NCBI GenBank assembly: GCA_965153285.1
Contig: OZ229123.1
Length of the DNA stretch: 64,000 bases
From: Podarcis tiliguerta
Taxonomy: Eukaryota
Strand: one strand, 5' to 3'
Of the stretch, positions 38,549-52,818 are shown in pieces (within the stretch, counting starts at the first letter, position 1; each line of letters opens with the position of its first letter). The notes under the pieces were generated by a model. It was not told the DNA's origin and searched no databases. It worked only from the letters and a program-made list of their open reading frames with translations. A program made the position numbers and the translations under genes.

Positions 38549-39350
38549 GAGATGTTTTAGGATTACACACATGGCAGTATCGCACTTAAGAGATTCCTTT
38601 GCAACTTAGATACTTCCTTTGCCATAGCCTCTAGAAGACTCTGTTCCCAAAGCTGTGCTAACTCCTTTTTATGATGGCTGCTTCCAACAAGTACACATGC
38701 AACTATGTTAATTTAAAGCTCCATTAGACACAATGGAGAAACTGATAGGTGCAAGGAGAAGCTACTTTCCCTAAATGGGGGAAAGGCTCACAAAACAATA
38801 TGAAAATATTCTTGTAAATTCTCATGGGTTTTCTGCAAACCTTGCAATGAAAACTGCAATCACCACATCTTGATTAAAGTAAGATTGCTTCCAATGACCA
38901 TGGTAGGGCAGGAAGAAAGATTCCAATGCACACAAAACAATCTAACCACAGAATCGCTATATGAAATGGGGGGACATTCCCATAGGAATCTGCTTGGCTG
39001 CTGTGAAAATAGGATGCTGGGTTAAGATGGGCACCTGGCCTGATCCAGCAGGGCTCTTCTGACCTTTTTCTTTTAACGGCATACAAATTTTGCATCTCCC
39101 TCAAGATACTGACACAAAAGGAAAGACAAATTGTGATGTGACAATCCAAAGGTAGAGTCAGCACTACTTGAGGGAGGAAGAAGCAGGGTGATGAAGTGGT
39201 GAGTTAACAGCCAGCAGACATGGGCTGGATTCTTATCTGCAACCAGTGGTGTACTGGGGTGCAGCTCAAACAGCTTTTTCAGAGTGATGATGGCATTTGC
39301 TGGAGGACCAGGGTAACTGATGGAGCCTTTTTGCTCTGACAAGTGACTGA

Positions 39351-39580
39351 GGGCTCATCCATGCTGACATTTAATGTGGATAATAAGCTTCCTGTACCTC
39401 CATTAATTCTCCGTTGTCCATAGGACATTCTCCTCCAAATCAGTGCCTTCCCACACTTTCCTCTCCCTCAGTCCAGATCTTCTCATACCAGGGATACTCC
39501 AAAAATGAGAATCCAGATTGAAAGTGTGGGAATGGCAGTGAAGCTTACTGTCTACATTAAACAACAGTATGGATGAGCCC
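39351..39580. mobile_element. PIF/Harbinger-like MITE
   Basis: TIR GGGCTCATCCATGCTG / CAGTATGGATGAGCCC (15/16); 3-bp TSD TGA. Confidence 0.7.
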
Positions 39581-41982
39581 TGAGCTGATAATGAGGTTTC
39601 ACATTTTTACATTGCTTATGACAGATTAGCATACGGGAAGTCAGATAAATGAAGCAGAGTTTGGATACTTCCCCCCTTTGATGGGTTCCTACTTCCTACT
39701 GGCAGTTTAGATAGTGAAAGTTTTTTGTTGTCAGATTGTATTTCTAATTTAAAAACTTCAATTGGCTAAAGATATTTCCTTAAAGCTCAATGTATTTTAC
39801 AAGTTAAACCCAAAAAATCAAAAGTGAGCACTGCTTAGTTCAATGGAACATGCTTCCAGGAAATGATATACAGGATTGCATTCATACTTATCTTGATGAA
39901 TTGGGTATTATGCTATGCACTGATGCCCTTTGGTGAAGTTCATGCATGTGTAAGTAAATAAATAACATAATGGATCAGCACAGCTGCCTGCATTTTTGGA
40001 CTCTCCTCAGGGTGTGGCCATGGGGCCTGTCACAATGAATCTCAAAATGTACAACTAGAACACTGCCAGAAACACAGGAGAACTGAACTAGAACCAGGTG
40101 AGAAGACTGGGCAGATATAGTATGAGGTATGGGAGAACTGGGGGGAAAGACAGAGAGGCCAAGAAGTGAAACTCCCACTGGGTTTACTGAGTTGGAAGGC
40201 AGATCTCTGAGTCCAGTCCTCCATCACCCTTAAGTCTATAGACAATGTTACTCTTAGCACTTGGAGCTGGGTATGAAACAGGAAGTAGGAGCAGAAGGAC
40301 CCTGAAAGGTGACACAATTTCTCAACTTTATAATAAAAACTATGAACAAATATGGCTGAAATAGTGACGGGGGGCATTTAAATACTTTAATTACTTTTCC
40401 TTGACATAATAGCGTCTATGTTTTGTAATCTTGTCATGTTTAACCATTATGTCTGTGTTATAAATAGTTCTGGTCGCTACCTTCCTTGCATTCACGTGCC
40501 TGTGGTTTATTTATTTTGGTTTTATTTTATGTCTGTATTTATTCAACTGTGGTCTATAACTGTAAATGAACTGTGTATGTTTGGCCCCAAAATCTGCTCG
40601 ATAACACTGTATTTTGCAGAATCTCTTGTAAACTGTTTTTTTGAAAATTACTTCCCCCGACCCCCAAAAACCTGTAAAATAGCAAAAACAGGTTTTTGAG
40701 CCTAAGAAGGTTAATTGAAAGCTTGAATTCCTTCTCCATAAAGTCCAAATAGAAACCAACGAACAATAGTGACAACAGAACTTGACTGCTTCAGAAATTC
40801 CTCTACGAAATGGATGCCGTAGCGAAAGGCGATGTTGCAGGCTATCAAGACTTGGCAGCTAGGCTATGAGAAAGGTGGTTGAGCTTTGCAAAGAATAGCC
40901 AAGGTAGAGTCAAGATGGTATGACTGAGGGCAGGTAAAACACAGTAGCAAGGAAATGAAAAGAGAAGAAAGGAGGAACAGGGCCTACAGCTAGCTAGGCA
41001 TGGAAATATTTTGAAGGAGGGTGGGGGAGCCATGAAGAAAGGGGGGCAAAGGGGAGACATAAATAGTCACATCAGCTGATGCCGAACAGACAAGAAAAGG
41101 GTGGGCAAGCACAGTGCCCCCAAGCTATGCAAATGTGTGGGAGAAAGCCCATACGTTTTTATTCTGCATTCACGGGTCATAAGATTTCAGCTATGTGCTA
41201 GCTATGTTATGCCCCCCCAAAACTGATTTGCTGAAGCTCAGCCACTCTCGTTTGGCTGTGACAACAAAAAGCATAGCAGAATGGGCTTGTTTTTACATAG
41301 AGCATAGCCAGTGGAAGGAAGAAAGCTTCCTACACAATGCCAAAAACCGCTGACTGGCAAGTAAAAGGCCTAGCTATTTTGAGATACAGCTTCTCCTCTG
41401 CCACTAAAAATAGTCTTGTGAAGACCGCCAGGTCCAAATCCTTCAAAGCTACAGTTGGCAAACTGGCAGGAACCCAGGAGCAGCAGAGGCCAAGGTATTT
41501 TTCATATCTTAGGGCGAGACAGATCTATTTCTCATCAGCACTGCCTCTCCAGCAAGCATTCGTATCTGAAAATCCCATCTTCTTCTTATCCTTTGTGTTA
41601 AAGACACATATATCTAAACAAACAGTGTGACCCCTACTTCAGATTACATTAGGTGGGTGAGGATTGGATTTCTACTAAAATCCCCTTGTGCTGGTGGAAC
41701 AAAATGTTACTGGGGCATAGTGGATTGACATTGTATTGCGCTAGTGAAACTCTGCAAGGCAAGGGGCAAAAAATGGGCAGAGCTGGAAGCAGCAGAGCCT
41801 AGACAGAATCTTATGCTCAGAGGTTGGCCTTCCACCCAATGCAATAACATTATAACTGGAAAATAGGTGGTGCAAATAATTTAAAACACCCTCTCCTCCT
41901 GGAGTTGATGAGTGGTCCCAGGAGCCGTTAACTATGCAGTAAAGATTCTGGCCACCTTCAAAGTAAAAAAAACAGCACGGTA

Positions 41983-42185
41983 CAGTGGTACCTTGGAAGT
42001 CAAATGGAATCCATTCCGGAAGTCCGTTTGACTTCCAAAATGTTCGAGAACCAAGGCGCGGCTTCCGTTTGGCTGCAGGGAGCTCCTGCAGCCAATCGGA
42101 AGCTGTGGAAGTCACTTCCGGTTTTCAATTGTCTGGGAGCCAAAATGTTTGACTCCCAAGGTGTTTGAAAACCAAGGTATGGCTG
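41983..42185. mobile_element. Tc1/mariner-pogo MITE, family B
   Basis: TA-CAGTGGTACCTTGG...CCAAGGTATGGCTG-TA; internal palindrome GGCTGCAGGGAGCTCCTGCAGCC. Confidence 0.82.
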
Positions 42186-42441
42186 TATGATGAGGATGAG
42201 GATGTATTTATTTATACCTCGTCTGCTTCCCTGACAGGGACTCAAGGTAGCTTACAGATAAAAATAAGAACAGCCAAAACATAGGGGGGATCATCATTAA
42301 AAAACAATTAAATATTGATAAAATTAAAACTATATCTGGATATACATAAACATCATACAAATAATTGCAATAAAAACAGTGTGGCACCAGCCCTTTAATT
42401 AAAAAGCTCACAATATTATTGTATGTTATTCTATTATTATA

Positions 42442-42517
42442 AAGTGAGATGAGCGCTGCAACCCAAGAGTCGTTCACGACTAGACCTAATGGTCAGGGGT
42501 CTCTTTACCTTTACCTT
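42442..42517 (+). mobile_element. 5'-truncated Sauria SINE (76 bp)
   Basis: SINE 3' end plus ACCTTT tail; perfect 16-bp TSD TTATTCTATTATTATA (42426-42441 / 42518-42533). Confidence 0.88.
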
Positions 42518-45278
42518 TTATTCTATTATTATATGTTCATCCTAGCACTGAGGCAAGGCGCATGATGACAGTTAACCGAATAAAAAAGTTCCAATGCAAC
42601 TTTTTAATTTCAACACCATCCCCTAAAGAGATACTTCCCCAAACACTGCCACCAGCTCCACTGGATGTAGCACACAGAATGAAGAGCATCTGGTAGAAAC
42701 GCCTTCTCTCAGTAACTCTTTCTCAATGGGGACCCAGTCACATGCAATGTCTGTTGCAATGGCTGACCATCATGCCTCACAATCCTTATGTCCCTCTTCT
42801 CCACAGAAGCCACCAACGTACCCATAAGAAAAGATGTTCTCCACACTTTCCTCCATGGTAGACAGATGACAAGCACATTCTACTGCAGCTGCAGTGGCCA
42901 GGGACAAATCTTCTGTCCATTGGCCATCCCTGCTACTGTTTTTCTCCTAGAGCTCTTGTACTTTTGGAAGATACTTGACAGACAGAAACATAAACAGGTG
43001 AAGCTATACATAGCTCAAGGAAGTGATGGGGAACGCTGCACCTGTTACTCCCGTCTGGCATGTAGACTTCAGGAGTGCAGTGGGCCTGGAAAAACAAAGA
43101 TGGCAATCCCATTCCCCTGTGAAGTTGTCAGAATGCAGTCTACTACTGCATCCTTATGATGGCTAAAAGACAGGGAGTCTTCTTCCGCCCAACCCTTGTT
43201 ACTAATCTCTGATATCTGCATGATGGTGGGCATGGGGTTTCCCAGAACGCCCCATAAGTATTGGGGGCTTGCCAACAGCTTTATTCCTAGAGCACTAGAG
43301 GAGGAGGAGCAGCCTGACATCTCAAATGTCCTCCTGACTTCCCCTCCCCTGATTGCCACTAGAGTAATGGATCAAGCATTGTTGCTGCCATTATGCTCAG
43401 AAGTGCTGATACCTGGATCTGCTGGAAAATAACCAGCAAAACCTGACAATCAACCAGGCAAGTCCTAGGAAAACACAGAAGGCAGGCTTTTTTTGCGGGG
43501 GGAGGGGGTCACATTTATGGCTGCCAGGGCAAGACCCCATGGCCATATGCTTTTAACACTGTATTTCTTCTCTACAGGGTCCAACCAAGCTCATTGGATT
43601 GCTCCTCTCATAGTAGTGTGTGCAGTGTTCCTAATTCATGGGGTTTCCATTTTCCTCCATTACAAAAAGCTTGTTGCTCTAGCAAATCTTAGCAATGTGA
43701 AACTCTTTACATTGGGATATGGAACCTTATTTTTCATTATCAACTGAATTCCTGAGAAGTGACTATTCTCCAACTTGTACAGACAGAAAAGTCCTTACCT
43801 GAAGATACTTAAATAAAGGATTGAATGATTTTCTCCAAAAATGTATTTTTTAATATGCACTGATGCTGCAGATGTAAAAGATTATCAACAAAAATGGGGG
43901 TGGATTTACAAAAGGAAATTCCTTGAGAAATCTGGTCTTTTCTTTTGGAGCTTGAATTTTGTTTACTGTGAGTTCAATGTTAAGAGACAATTGTATAAAA
44001 ATGGCAATGTAATGGCATTTAACACCTATTAAATTAGATTAGAGATCTTTAAAGTTGGCAATAGTTAACTATTGGTGCTGTGCCAACAACTGAGAAAAGT
44101 TACAATGCTCAAGTATTCTGGAAAACAACTGTCCAAGCAATATCAACTCTTACTAACTTTTTGTACTTATAGATCCTCATGCCTACTCAACGTTATACCC
44201 AAATTTGTTTAAACACAAGGCTGTATTTAATGTGCTTGTGATTACTATACTGGCCTATGTTACTAATTGAAACACATAGTAAATACATTTTATGTTACAG
44301 AAATGTGCTTCTTGCATAGAGTGTGTGTTTTAACTTCTGCATGTTTTGATACATTAAATAAAATTAAAAGAAGAAACAAATATTCTGAGCATTGATAGTG
44401 AAGACTCAGGTTCCTGTGCTGTGGGGGCTGTCTGATCTTGCTCCAATCCTGCATTTCTGTTTCCCCTCCTCTTCCGCCCTCTGCATTTGCTTTGCTTCTT
44501 CAAGTCACTGATATTACAGCAGGGACTCAGCTATACAGCTGCAAATAAAACGTTTTAAGTGCGTTTTAAATGCAATATACAATGTGACCCTAGATGGCGA
44601 TGGTGAGCCTTATGGAAAACTCCATGTGTTTTTAAAAATGCTTTTTCAGAACAGTTTTTATATGTGCATAGATTCCACCCAGGTTTGTTTCCCATGTCCA
44701 CAAAGTCACCTACCTAGCTCTATTCTCTGTGAAAACTACCATCTGAGACATCTAATTGCCGATCTGGACTCCTTAGCTGCCATGGCTCTTTTGGCTGAAA
44801 ACATCCACATTCATATGTCATGCTGAGCAAAACAGCAAATAACAGCTCTACCTCCTCCAACTAAGGTTACACTGGAAAGTCTCCTGAATTTGTATGGGTT
44901 TGCAGAGTTATGCACACAGCTGCATGATCCCTGTTCCAGAGACAGGGGCATTCCCTACTTAGCCCATTGGATTCAGGCAGCTGTTCTCATTTACTTCTTT
45001 CTTATAGTTTTCTCACAGGGCAACTGCTATTCCATGGCCCTGATGATGGGGAAAGACAGGTGGACAAGCACAAGATGTAATGGTGATGCCCTCACTTGCT
45101 TCCCTTCTGAGTCTCTTTCTCTGAAGAGCGCTAAACTTATCGGTGCAAATGGAAACTCAGAATTCCAAGTGTACAAGTTATCTTTACTACAAGTTGAAAC
45201 ACAGAACAAAACCATGCTGAATCTAACTATTTTAAGTGTCTGTCTGCAATTATACATACACAATTCAATACAATTATA

Positions 45279-45805
45279 CCGTATTTTTTGCCCTATAGAC
45301 GCACTTTTCCTCCTCCAAAAATGAAGGGGAAATGTGTGTGCATCCTATGGGGTGAATTCAGGCTTCAGGAAGCTCTCTGCAAGCCTTGGGAGCCCGCAGG
45401 AGTTCCCGTCAGGCTCCCTAGGCTTGCGGATAGCAGCCTGCATCTCGAAGCCTGCACAGCGCCCCCCGGGCTTCGGTTCCCCGACCTGGTTTGGAGGCTG
45501 GCGGTGGGGAGAAGCACGCTTCTCCCCGCCGCCAGCCCCACAAGCTCGGGGGAAAGCGGGGAGGCGCAGTGTGCCTTCCTGCTGTCCTCCGACCTGGTTT
45601 GGGCTTCAGGCAGATATCCGCAAGGCGTGGGAGCCCGGCGGGAAGTCGCGCCAGTCTCCGAAGGCTTGCGGAGAGCTGCCTGTTCTGGGGGCTGGAGTCA
45701 GGGGAAGCCTGGGGGGAAATAAAAATTGTTTTCTTTATCCCCCCCCCCAAAAAAAACCTAGGTGCATCCTATGGGCCGTTGCGCCCTATGGGGCGAAAAA
45801 TACGG
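45279..45805. mobile_element. Tc2/pogo-like non-autonomous DNA transposon with GC/CpG-rich interior
   Basis: TA-CCGTATTTTTTGCCCTATAG...CTATGGGGCGAAAAATACGG-TA; sub-terminal GTGCATCCTATGG repeats. Confidence 0.85.
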
Positions 45806-48800
45806 TAATCATAAAAGCAATATAAAATATTATTTCCAAAGGATACCATCACCATATAGAACCACCCAATTTGATCATTTTTAGGGACGTATGCCATTCC
45901 TAATCAATTCTCACTGGCAGATGATTCTTCTTCTTCTTCGGACGATGTTAAAGTGCATACATCTACATTAAAAACAACACCACCAGTGTATTGTTTTGAT
46001 GCTACAGCCTGCGGCTCTTTATCTGAATTTTATCACAGTGTTCTCAGAAAATGATCAAAGCAGCCCTGACAACTTAATGTTCTTTTAACTTAAGTATAGC
46101 TCCATAACTTCCCCTCTGGTCTTCTGGCCTTTGGCTCAATATGCCACTGGAAACATCAAAGGTCAGGAGACTCAAATCCTCCAACCCAGAATAAAGACAC
46201 AATGAGGGGTAAAGTTAATGTCTGAGGAGAGGATTAAACTATTTACAATGTGGTACAGGAAAGCTCAGTGTTCTTTTATGAAAAAGCAGTTCATTACTAC
46301 TTGAAAAGCATATTAGCTGATAGAACAACTACTTATCAAGGTAGGAATAAGCCCTACTTTCAAGGTAAACAAATAAAATAAGAGATATTCACTTTATTCT
46401 GGAACTAGCAATAATATATTCTTCAAGTTTAGATTTGGCATGCATTAACACAGATTTATATATCTACATTATATTTTTATTTATTAAAATAGGGAGTACA
46501 CTAGAGGAGACAATGGGAATAAGACTTATCAGGACAACTTCCCTCAAGGCACCCTTCCTTTTGCACATAAACTCTGTAAGTGGAGGACTTGAATCCTAAT
46601 CTTAAACCCATTAATAAATCACACTAGCTGATTACATAGCCAATGTTGAATTAAGTTCCCACATTGAAACAGAAACAAAATAAATTGCTTTTCTTTTGTA
46701 TATAATTTCTACCATACATACTGAAGCTAGGCAATTCTACATGTGAAACAAAACCAAAGAAAAATGGTAAAGCATAATTTAAACAGTCTATCTGAATGTG
46801 CTTTCATATCCATCACAACACACACAAACCCCTTTCTATGAACAAAAGAATGGAACACTAAGCTATTTCAGACTTTATAGCGACAAAAAAGTCTGCAGCT
46901 AGTGTATAGTGGCATTACAGGTTTTACTACGCACTACAAAATACAACATGACATTAACAAAAGGGGTTTTCAAAAGCAAGATTTAACATGGTGCCACAAG
47001 TTGTATCAGGCAAAGAGTTTACAGCACAGTTCCATAAACACATGACTTCTGAAACACAGGGTAGATCAGGATTTTGATAGAAAATCGTCTTCCATTTCTA
47101 TTGTAAAAAGCCTAGAAGATTTAATAGCATTTTCTATAGGCTATGCAAATCAAATCATTTTAATTCTGCAATCTAGTCACATTTTTTAGTGTTTGCCCAA
47201 AGTGTATGTGACCTCAAAATCTAAAACCAAAAGGAATTACACAACAGGTTTACACACTTTCCATTCAAAGACTCATTGACCGCACCAGAAATTATTGAAC
47301 AGGGTAAAGGGAGGGGAAGCAGATAGATAATTCCTCTACATCATATCCAAATGGCATTTCAGACCTTTTATTAACCCTTCTTTTCTCCAAGGAGATCAAG
47401 GAAGCATACATGGTTACTCCCCTTTCTCAATTTTATCCTAAGAACACAGTCATGGCTAAGTGGGGATTTGCTCTCACTGGCAAATCTGCTAAAAAGAAGA
47501 CTGCTAGTACAATCATAACACATGTTGTTATTATTATTATTAAACAAATGTCATTATTAAACTGTTTCTTTGTAACATCTTTATGAACAAAATATACTGG
47601 ACTACAACATAAACCAAGATCAATGCACTGGATGCATCGATTTCAGAAATCCCTTAAATCAGTGAAAAAAACAAAACAAAATGTGGGGGGGGGGGGAATA
47701 TGTGCTAGAAACTATGCCAATCTGTGTTTTGCATACTGTCAAAACTGTCAACTAGCTCAACATGGTAATCAAAGTGCATAATGTTCTCTATCAGCAAGCT
47801 AAGAAAGCGTTCCCATTCCACCCCGATTTCTGTGGTAGTTCAAGACAAATAGCATAGAAGCATCCTTTTTCCTGTCGAGTGTTTTCCTGGCTGCAATAAT
47901 CTATAAAAAAATAATGTACTAATTAGATACAGCCTTTTGAAAGCAAGTACTCATGTTTCAAGCAACCTACTTTGCTTAGACTACAGCACTGCTTTAAACG
48001 TTGCCAAGGGGCTGGCAAGAGTTAAATGCTCATGTAACAATGTTCTCCTCAAACCCCCACAGGTCCATTCACTTAACACCATACTCCTGGAAGTGTGCCT
48101 GACATACCAAACCCCGTCCTGTTGCACATATTTTTATGCCTGTTACTAAATTAGGGAAGCGGGGGGAACTGTGCCTGTGCCAATTGCGAAACAGAAAGGG
48201 TCAGCATCATTGGTCTGCAGCAGGATCAGACAACCTGGTGCTCTCCAGATGTTGGCAGACTACAGCTCCTGTCTTCCCTGACCATTGGGCCATGCTGGCT
48301 GGAGTTGAAGAGGGCTGAAGTCCAACAACATCTGGAGGGTACCATGGGGGCTACCGCTGGGTTTACAGCTTCTCTGTTAAGCCAAAATCCTTCCAAGGCT
48401 GGCATATATAATCTTTATTGGTGCATGCAGCTGCACTGAAATACAATGGCACACACAGAAGAAGAAAATTAAAGGCTATAATCAAGATTTCTCACTCCCA
48501 GGAATATTCTGCAGCGCACTACTGAAACCACATATTAGAATTACAGATTACTGTATCATTTAACTACCCAACGATAGAACTGGAATATAAAATTGTTATG
48601 TTGGACATTTTGAAAAGCAAATGTAAAACGTATTAGTTTAGCCAAGAAAAGGGGCAAGGATTTTAAGTACTACTTCTTCGTGACAACATTGCTGCCATAG
48701 TTAGTACTTAGCTCTCTTGAGAAATACTAAGTAGGGCATTGAGGAATTTTTGAACAGGAAAAAAACAGCAACTGGGAAGCATTTTAGAGGGATCTTCATC

Positions 48801-50869
48801 TGCATGAATACTAAACACATATGTTGTATTTCTTGGCAACCAAGGAGGAAAGTTCTGATGGGGATGGGGGAAAGAAGGGAAGAGAACTTTTCAGCCCCAG
48901 CACATTGGTAGATCCAAACTACCAATGCAAATTGCTAAGCAAAACAGATTTTGACATAATGAATGATCATTCCCAGGTTATATTATAAATGCTCGCAGTG
49001 ATGAACATGTAGTTATAACTTGCTTTGCAAGATTAATGGTACAAGGAAGGATGAAATTAGATGCAATACAAAACTGTAGATTCTATATTTAGAAGTGGTA
49101 TCCTCTGATTCTTTGGTCTATAAAATACACTGTTCTGAAAATAAGATTCACCTACTCCTTTAGATAACCAGATAGGTATTTTAAAATGGAAAAAAAGTTT
49201 CACCTTTATGACTATACTCAACATAGAAGCTGACTACAGGAAGCCTGTAAGACAATTTAGTTTGGGTTGAAGGAAAAGTATAACGCTAAAACACAGCGTA
49301 GGATATGCAGAGTAAAGTTTTGAATAATGTCATGCATTTTGTTTAAGGAGAGCAAAAGCTTCTACCTTCTCCTTCCAGTCATTTCGGAGAGGAGAGAGGC
49401 GTTCACGAGCTTGGGAAGTGGCTATGCTTGTTCACATCACACTAAACCATGGTATTTAGTACTAGGTTCAATCTGTCCACACCCTGTTTGAAAGCCTGCA
49501 TGTGTAGGAAAGGACACCCAAGAAAGGTTTGTGACCCCTTTTGCCCCACGACATGTAAAATGTGCTTTTCAAAGTTATGCACAAACTAGCTCTTTGCAGG
49601 CATAAAGACCTTGGGGGTACAATCATGGGCAGCTCAACTCAAGTTCCCTGTACTTAATTATAACCAATTGGGCTAAAGGCATTTACTCTGAAGTAGCCTA
49701 GCTAAATTCTGGAGTATGTTGCTTCAGGACTGCTTTCAAAGTCCTATTTTCTTAAGGCAGTAATACAAATAGTATTTGAAAGGCAACTTTACCACAGAAT
49801 GGCTTGGGAGCTTAAGTCATTGCCAACTCTGCTTAATTAATTCACTTACCATAAAAGTTGGCAAAACATGAAGCTTTTCACTTAGTAAATCTATAATTAA
49901 CTGTTAATGTTTGCTGAGTAAACATAAGCCTATATTTAATTAAATCTTACAGTAAGATGCTATAACCTGAAAGTTTTATAAGCAACATGCTTCTGAAACA
50001 AAAACTTAAGAACTTCCAAATCTTGTTAGACATTAAAAAATTAACTTAACTTTATTGTGCTTATAAATAAAACCAGTATATGTTAATAAGACCTAGTTGT
50101 CAGAACAGTCTTTCAAAGATATGAGATAAAGAAAGCATAAAGCTTTTTTCACTTGTAGCAAAATCTGATCTTGACAGGAGCATTGTCTGCAGCAATGGAG
50201 TATTAAGACATGAATGTAGAGTTATGTCTGAAGTTGCCATGTCTTTCCTACATTTCAATATCTGTACTAATTAACGTGAGAGTCAGAATGGAATAATCCC
50301 TATACACAAAGGCCCCACTGTTGGAATGCTCATTATCCAAAATCTCAGTTATCCGAACCCAAAGAATTATACCCAAACCTTGCCACACAGACAACTGGTT
50401 CAGATATCCAAACAGCTGGTGTTCGCACACTTCTTTACTTGTTTGTGTTTTGTTGGTTGGCAGCAGCCATTTTGGGCAGAAACCATGAAGGGAGGGAGGG
50501 AGATTGGACAAATCAGTTTTTCCTTTGTTTGGCTTTTTCACAGGAAGCATGCACAGGTCACTAACAAAGTTGTAGAAGAATCTTAAGCAGCAACCTAACC
50601 AAAGATTAAATAGATCAGCTGATGACAATTACTCATGTCTTAGGCTCCAAGGTCAGCAGGGCAAAGTTAGCAGGACTATACAGCTGAAGGCCTGTTTTAT
50701 GTTGCCAAAGGATGTCCAAATTCTCTATGAGGTTGCTGCATCACACATCAGTTTCATAATGTAGAGGAGTAACATGCAGTTATTCTACTGAGGGCAATGA
50801 ACATAATGTACATCAAAACCTAATTAAGATACAGTACACTCAAGTTGGGATAGAATAAAAACTCAATTT

Positions 50870-51235
50870 CTCGTTCCAACCAGAGATGAATGGCTGATGA
50901 AGATGATGGACTGCGCCGAAATGACGAAAATTGACTGGGAAAATCAGAAACCAGGAAGAGAAGAATTTTAAGAAGGAATGGGGAAAATTTATAATGTATT
51001 TAAGAGAACACTGTAAACAACTAAAAACTTTGGCAGGATTTGAGTAATGCTTGTAATGTATGAAAATCTATGTAAAAAAGGGTTATTTTTCTTTAAAAAT
51101 TAAGAGAAAAGAAGGGAAGCAGTTGGGGAAAGTAACCATGGAAGGGTGGAAGGAAGTCAATGGATTCAGGGAATCCTAAATGATGTGGATGATTTGTTTG
51201 AATTAAAATTTGTTATGTAAAACTTATCTAAAAAA
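50870..51235 (+). mobile_element. L1-clade LINE 3' end
   Basis: PTRDEWLMKMMDCAEM-like ORF2 end, purine-rich UTR, A-rich tail; boundaries approximate. Confidence 0.55.
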
Positions 51236-52576
51236 ACAACTCCATTTCTCCCGGTGAAATGCCCACTACTCTTTCTGAAATTTGTATACTATTTAAGCCA
51301 GCACCATATCCCAGGAGATCAAATCTCAAAAATTAATTTCATGCTGAGTGAAAATATTTTAATAAAACCACAAAACATCTGGATAGGAGCAGTGCACATA
51401 GAGACATTATTAGCATAGTTTATATGTACCAACTTTCTAAACTGTTAATAATACTTTTTGACAGGCCTTGCACACAACATTTCTTTTGGTAGATAAATAG
51501 GTTCATCGCTGATATGTCATAAAGTGGTGAAAGAGACAAGGGTTTCACACACCTGTTAGTTTATTAACAAAATCCAAAAGGAAGATTAATGTCTAATACT
51601 GTATTAGGACCAACTAAAATGTCACAGAGAGTTGGCCTGCTACATCTACCGTAGATAACAAGGAATTGATTGTGCAGCCTAGACTTACTTCTGCAGTAGT
51701 CAGAAAATTTGGGAGAGGAAACAACAAAGATAACAGAAATTAGTTAGCATCCAAAATATTGGAGAAAATACAGAATAAGCCAGGAAAAGAATCATTCCTG
51801 AAGGTACCAAAAATCCAGGTTCTTACTCAGAATCATTTGATTGAATTACTGCCAGAGATAACCACATATTGCCCTGCAACATCCATTTTAAAAATTGCTT
51901 CACATAACCACTGATGGCTTGAAACAGTTCACTCAATGTAAAAATAAATAAAGAACGAATAAAAAATGGTTTCCAATGGCTTGTATGAGTGAAGAGCGAA
52001 TCCAAAAATTTTCTGGTTGATTTGAATGAGCCAGTGTAATTACTGTCTCTATTCAGAAACCAAGAAGGAAAAAATGTTGTGTAATAACCTCAAAAGTTTT
52101 TCTTTTCCCCTGAAATACACAAAGATTATTTAATCCAAGTGTTTCAGTTTTGGCTAACCGTATTTCCCTTTCCACTATTGAACTTGTAATGGTTTGGAAT
52201 TTTTCAAGATTTAGTTTGCGGAATGTATAAAGTTCAAGTAACACTTCAAAGATGGGTAAAAAGAGGCCACACAGATTCAACAGCAGGACCTGGAATTAAC
52301 TCTGCTTGCCTGATGCCAAATCCTATGATCTAATCACTAGCTGACAAGAATGTCTTTATATTTATCAAAGGGAAGAGTTATACTGCAAGCATGCCAAAAC
52401 GTGGTAGGTGTTTTCTAAACAAAGACACAGTCCATCTCCTAAATAGAGCTGTTCATCTCTTTAATAGCATTTTAATTAAAACTTATGTAAGTCATGGGCA
52501 TTTAATTAGAGTATAACTACAAAGTAATAATTTTAAAAAACTTAACCAATAGCTGATTTTTATCTACTGCTCAGTA

Positions 52577-52818
52577 CAGTGGTACCTCGGGTTAAGTACT
52601 TAATTTGTTCCGGAGGTCCGTACTTAACCTGAAACTGTTCTTAACCTGAAGCACCACTTTAGCTAATGGGGCCTCCTGCTGCTGCTGCGCCGCCTGAGCC
52701 CAATTTCTGTTCTTATCCTGAAGCAAAGTTCTTAACCTGAAGCACTATTTCTGGGTTAGCAGAGTGTGTAACCTGAAGCGTATGTAACCTGAAGTGTATG
52801 TAACCTGAGGTACCACTG
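52577..52818. mobile_element. Tc1/mariner-pogo MITE, family A
   Basis: TA TSD on both sides; intact TIRs. Confidence 0.9.

Noticed and set aside
43799-43865. Possible 67-nt poison exon in intron 5 (ctgcag|...CAG|gtaagg)
   Set aside because: Very AT-rich body, modest pyrimidine tract, no supporting evidence; expected by chance in a 17.5 kb intron
44585-44602. CTCF-like motif GACCCTAGATGGCGA
   Set aside because: Mismatches at core positions and lies in a decayed MITE-like segment; unsupported
45288-45825. Four overlapping ORFs of 105-163 aa
   Set aside because: Stop-poor GC-rich interior of a non-autonomous transposon; no transposase motifs
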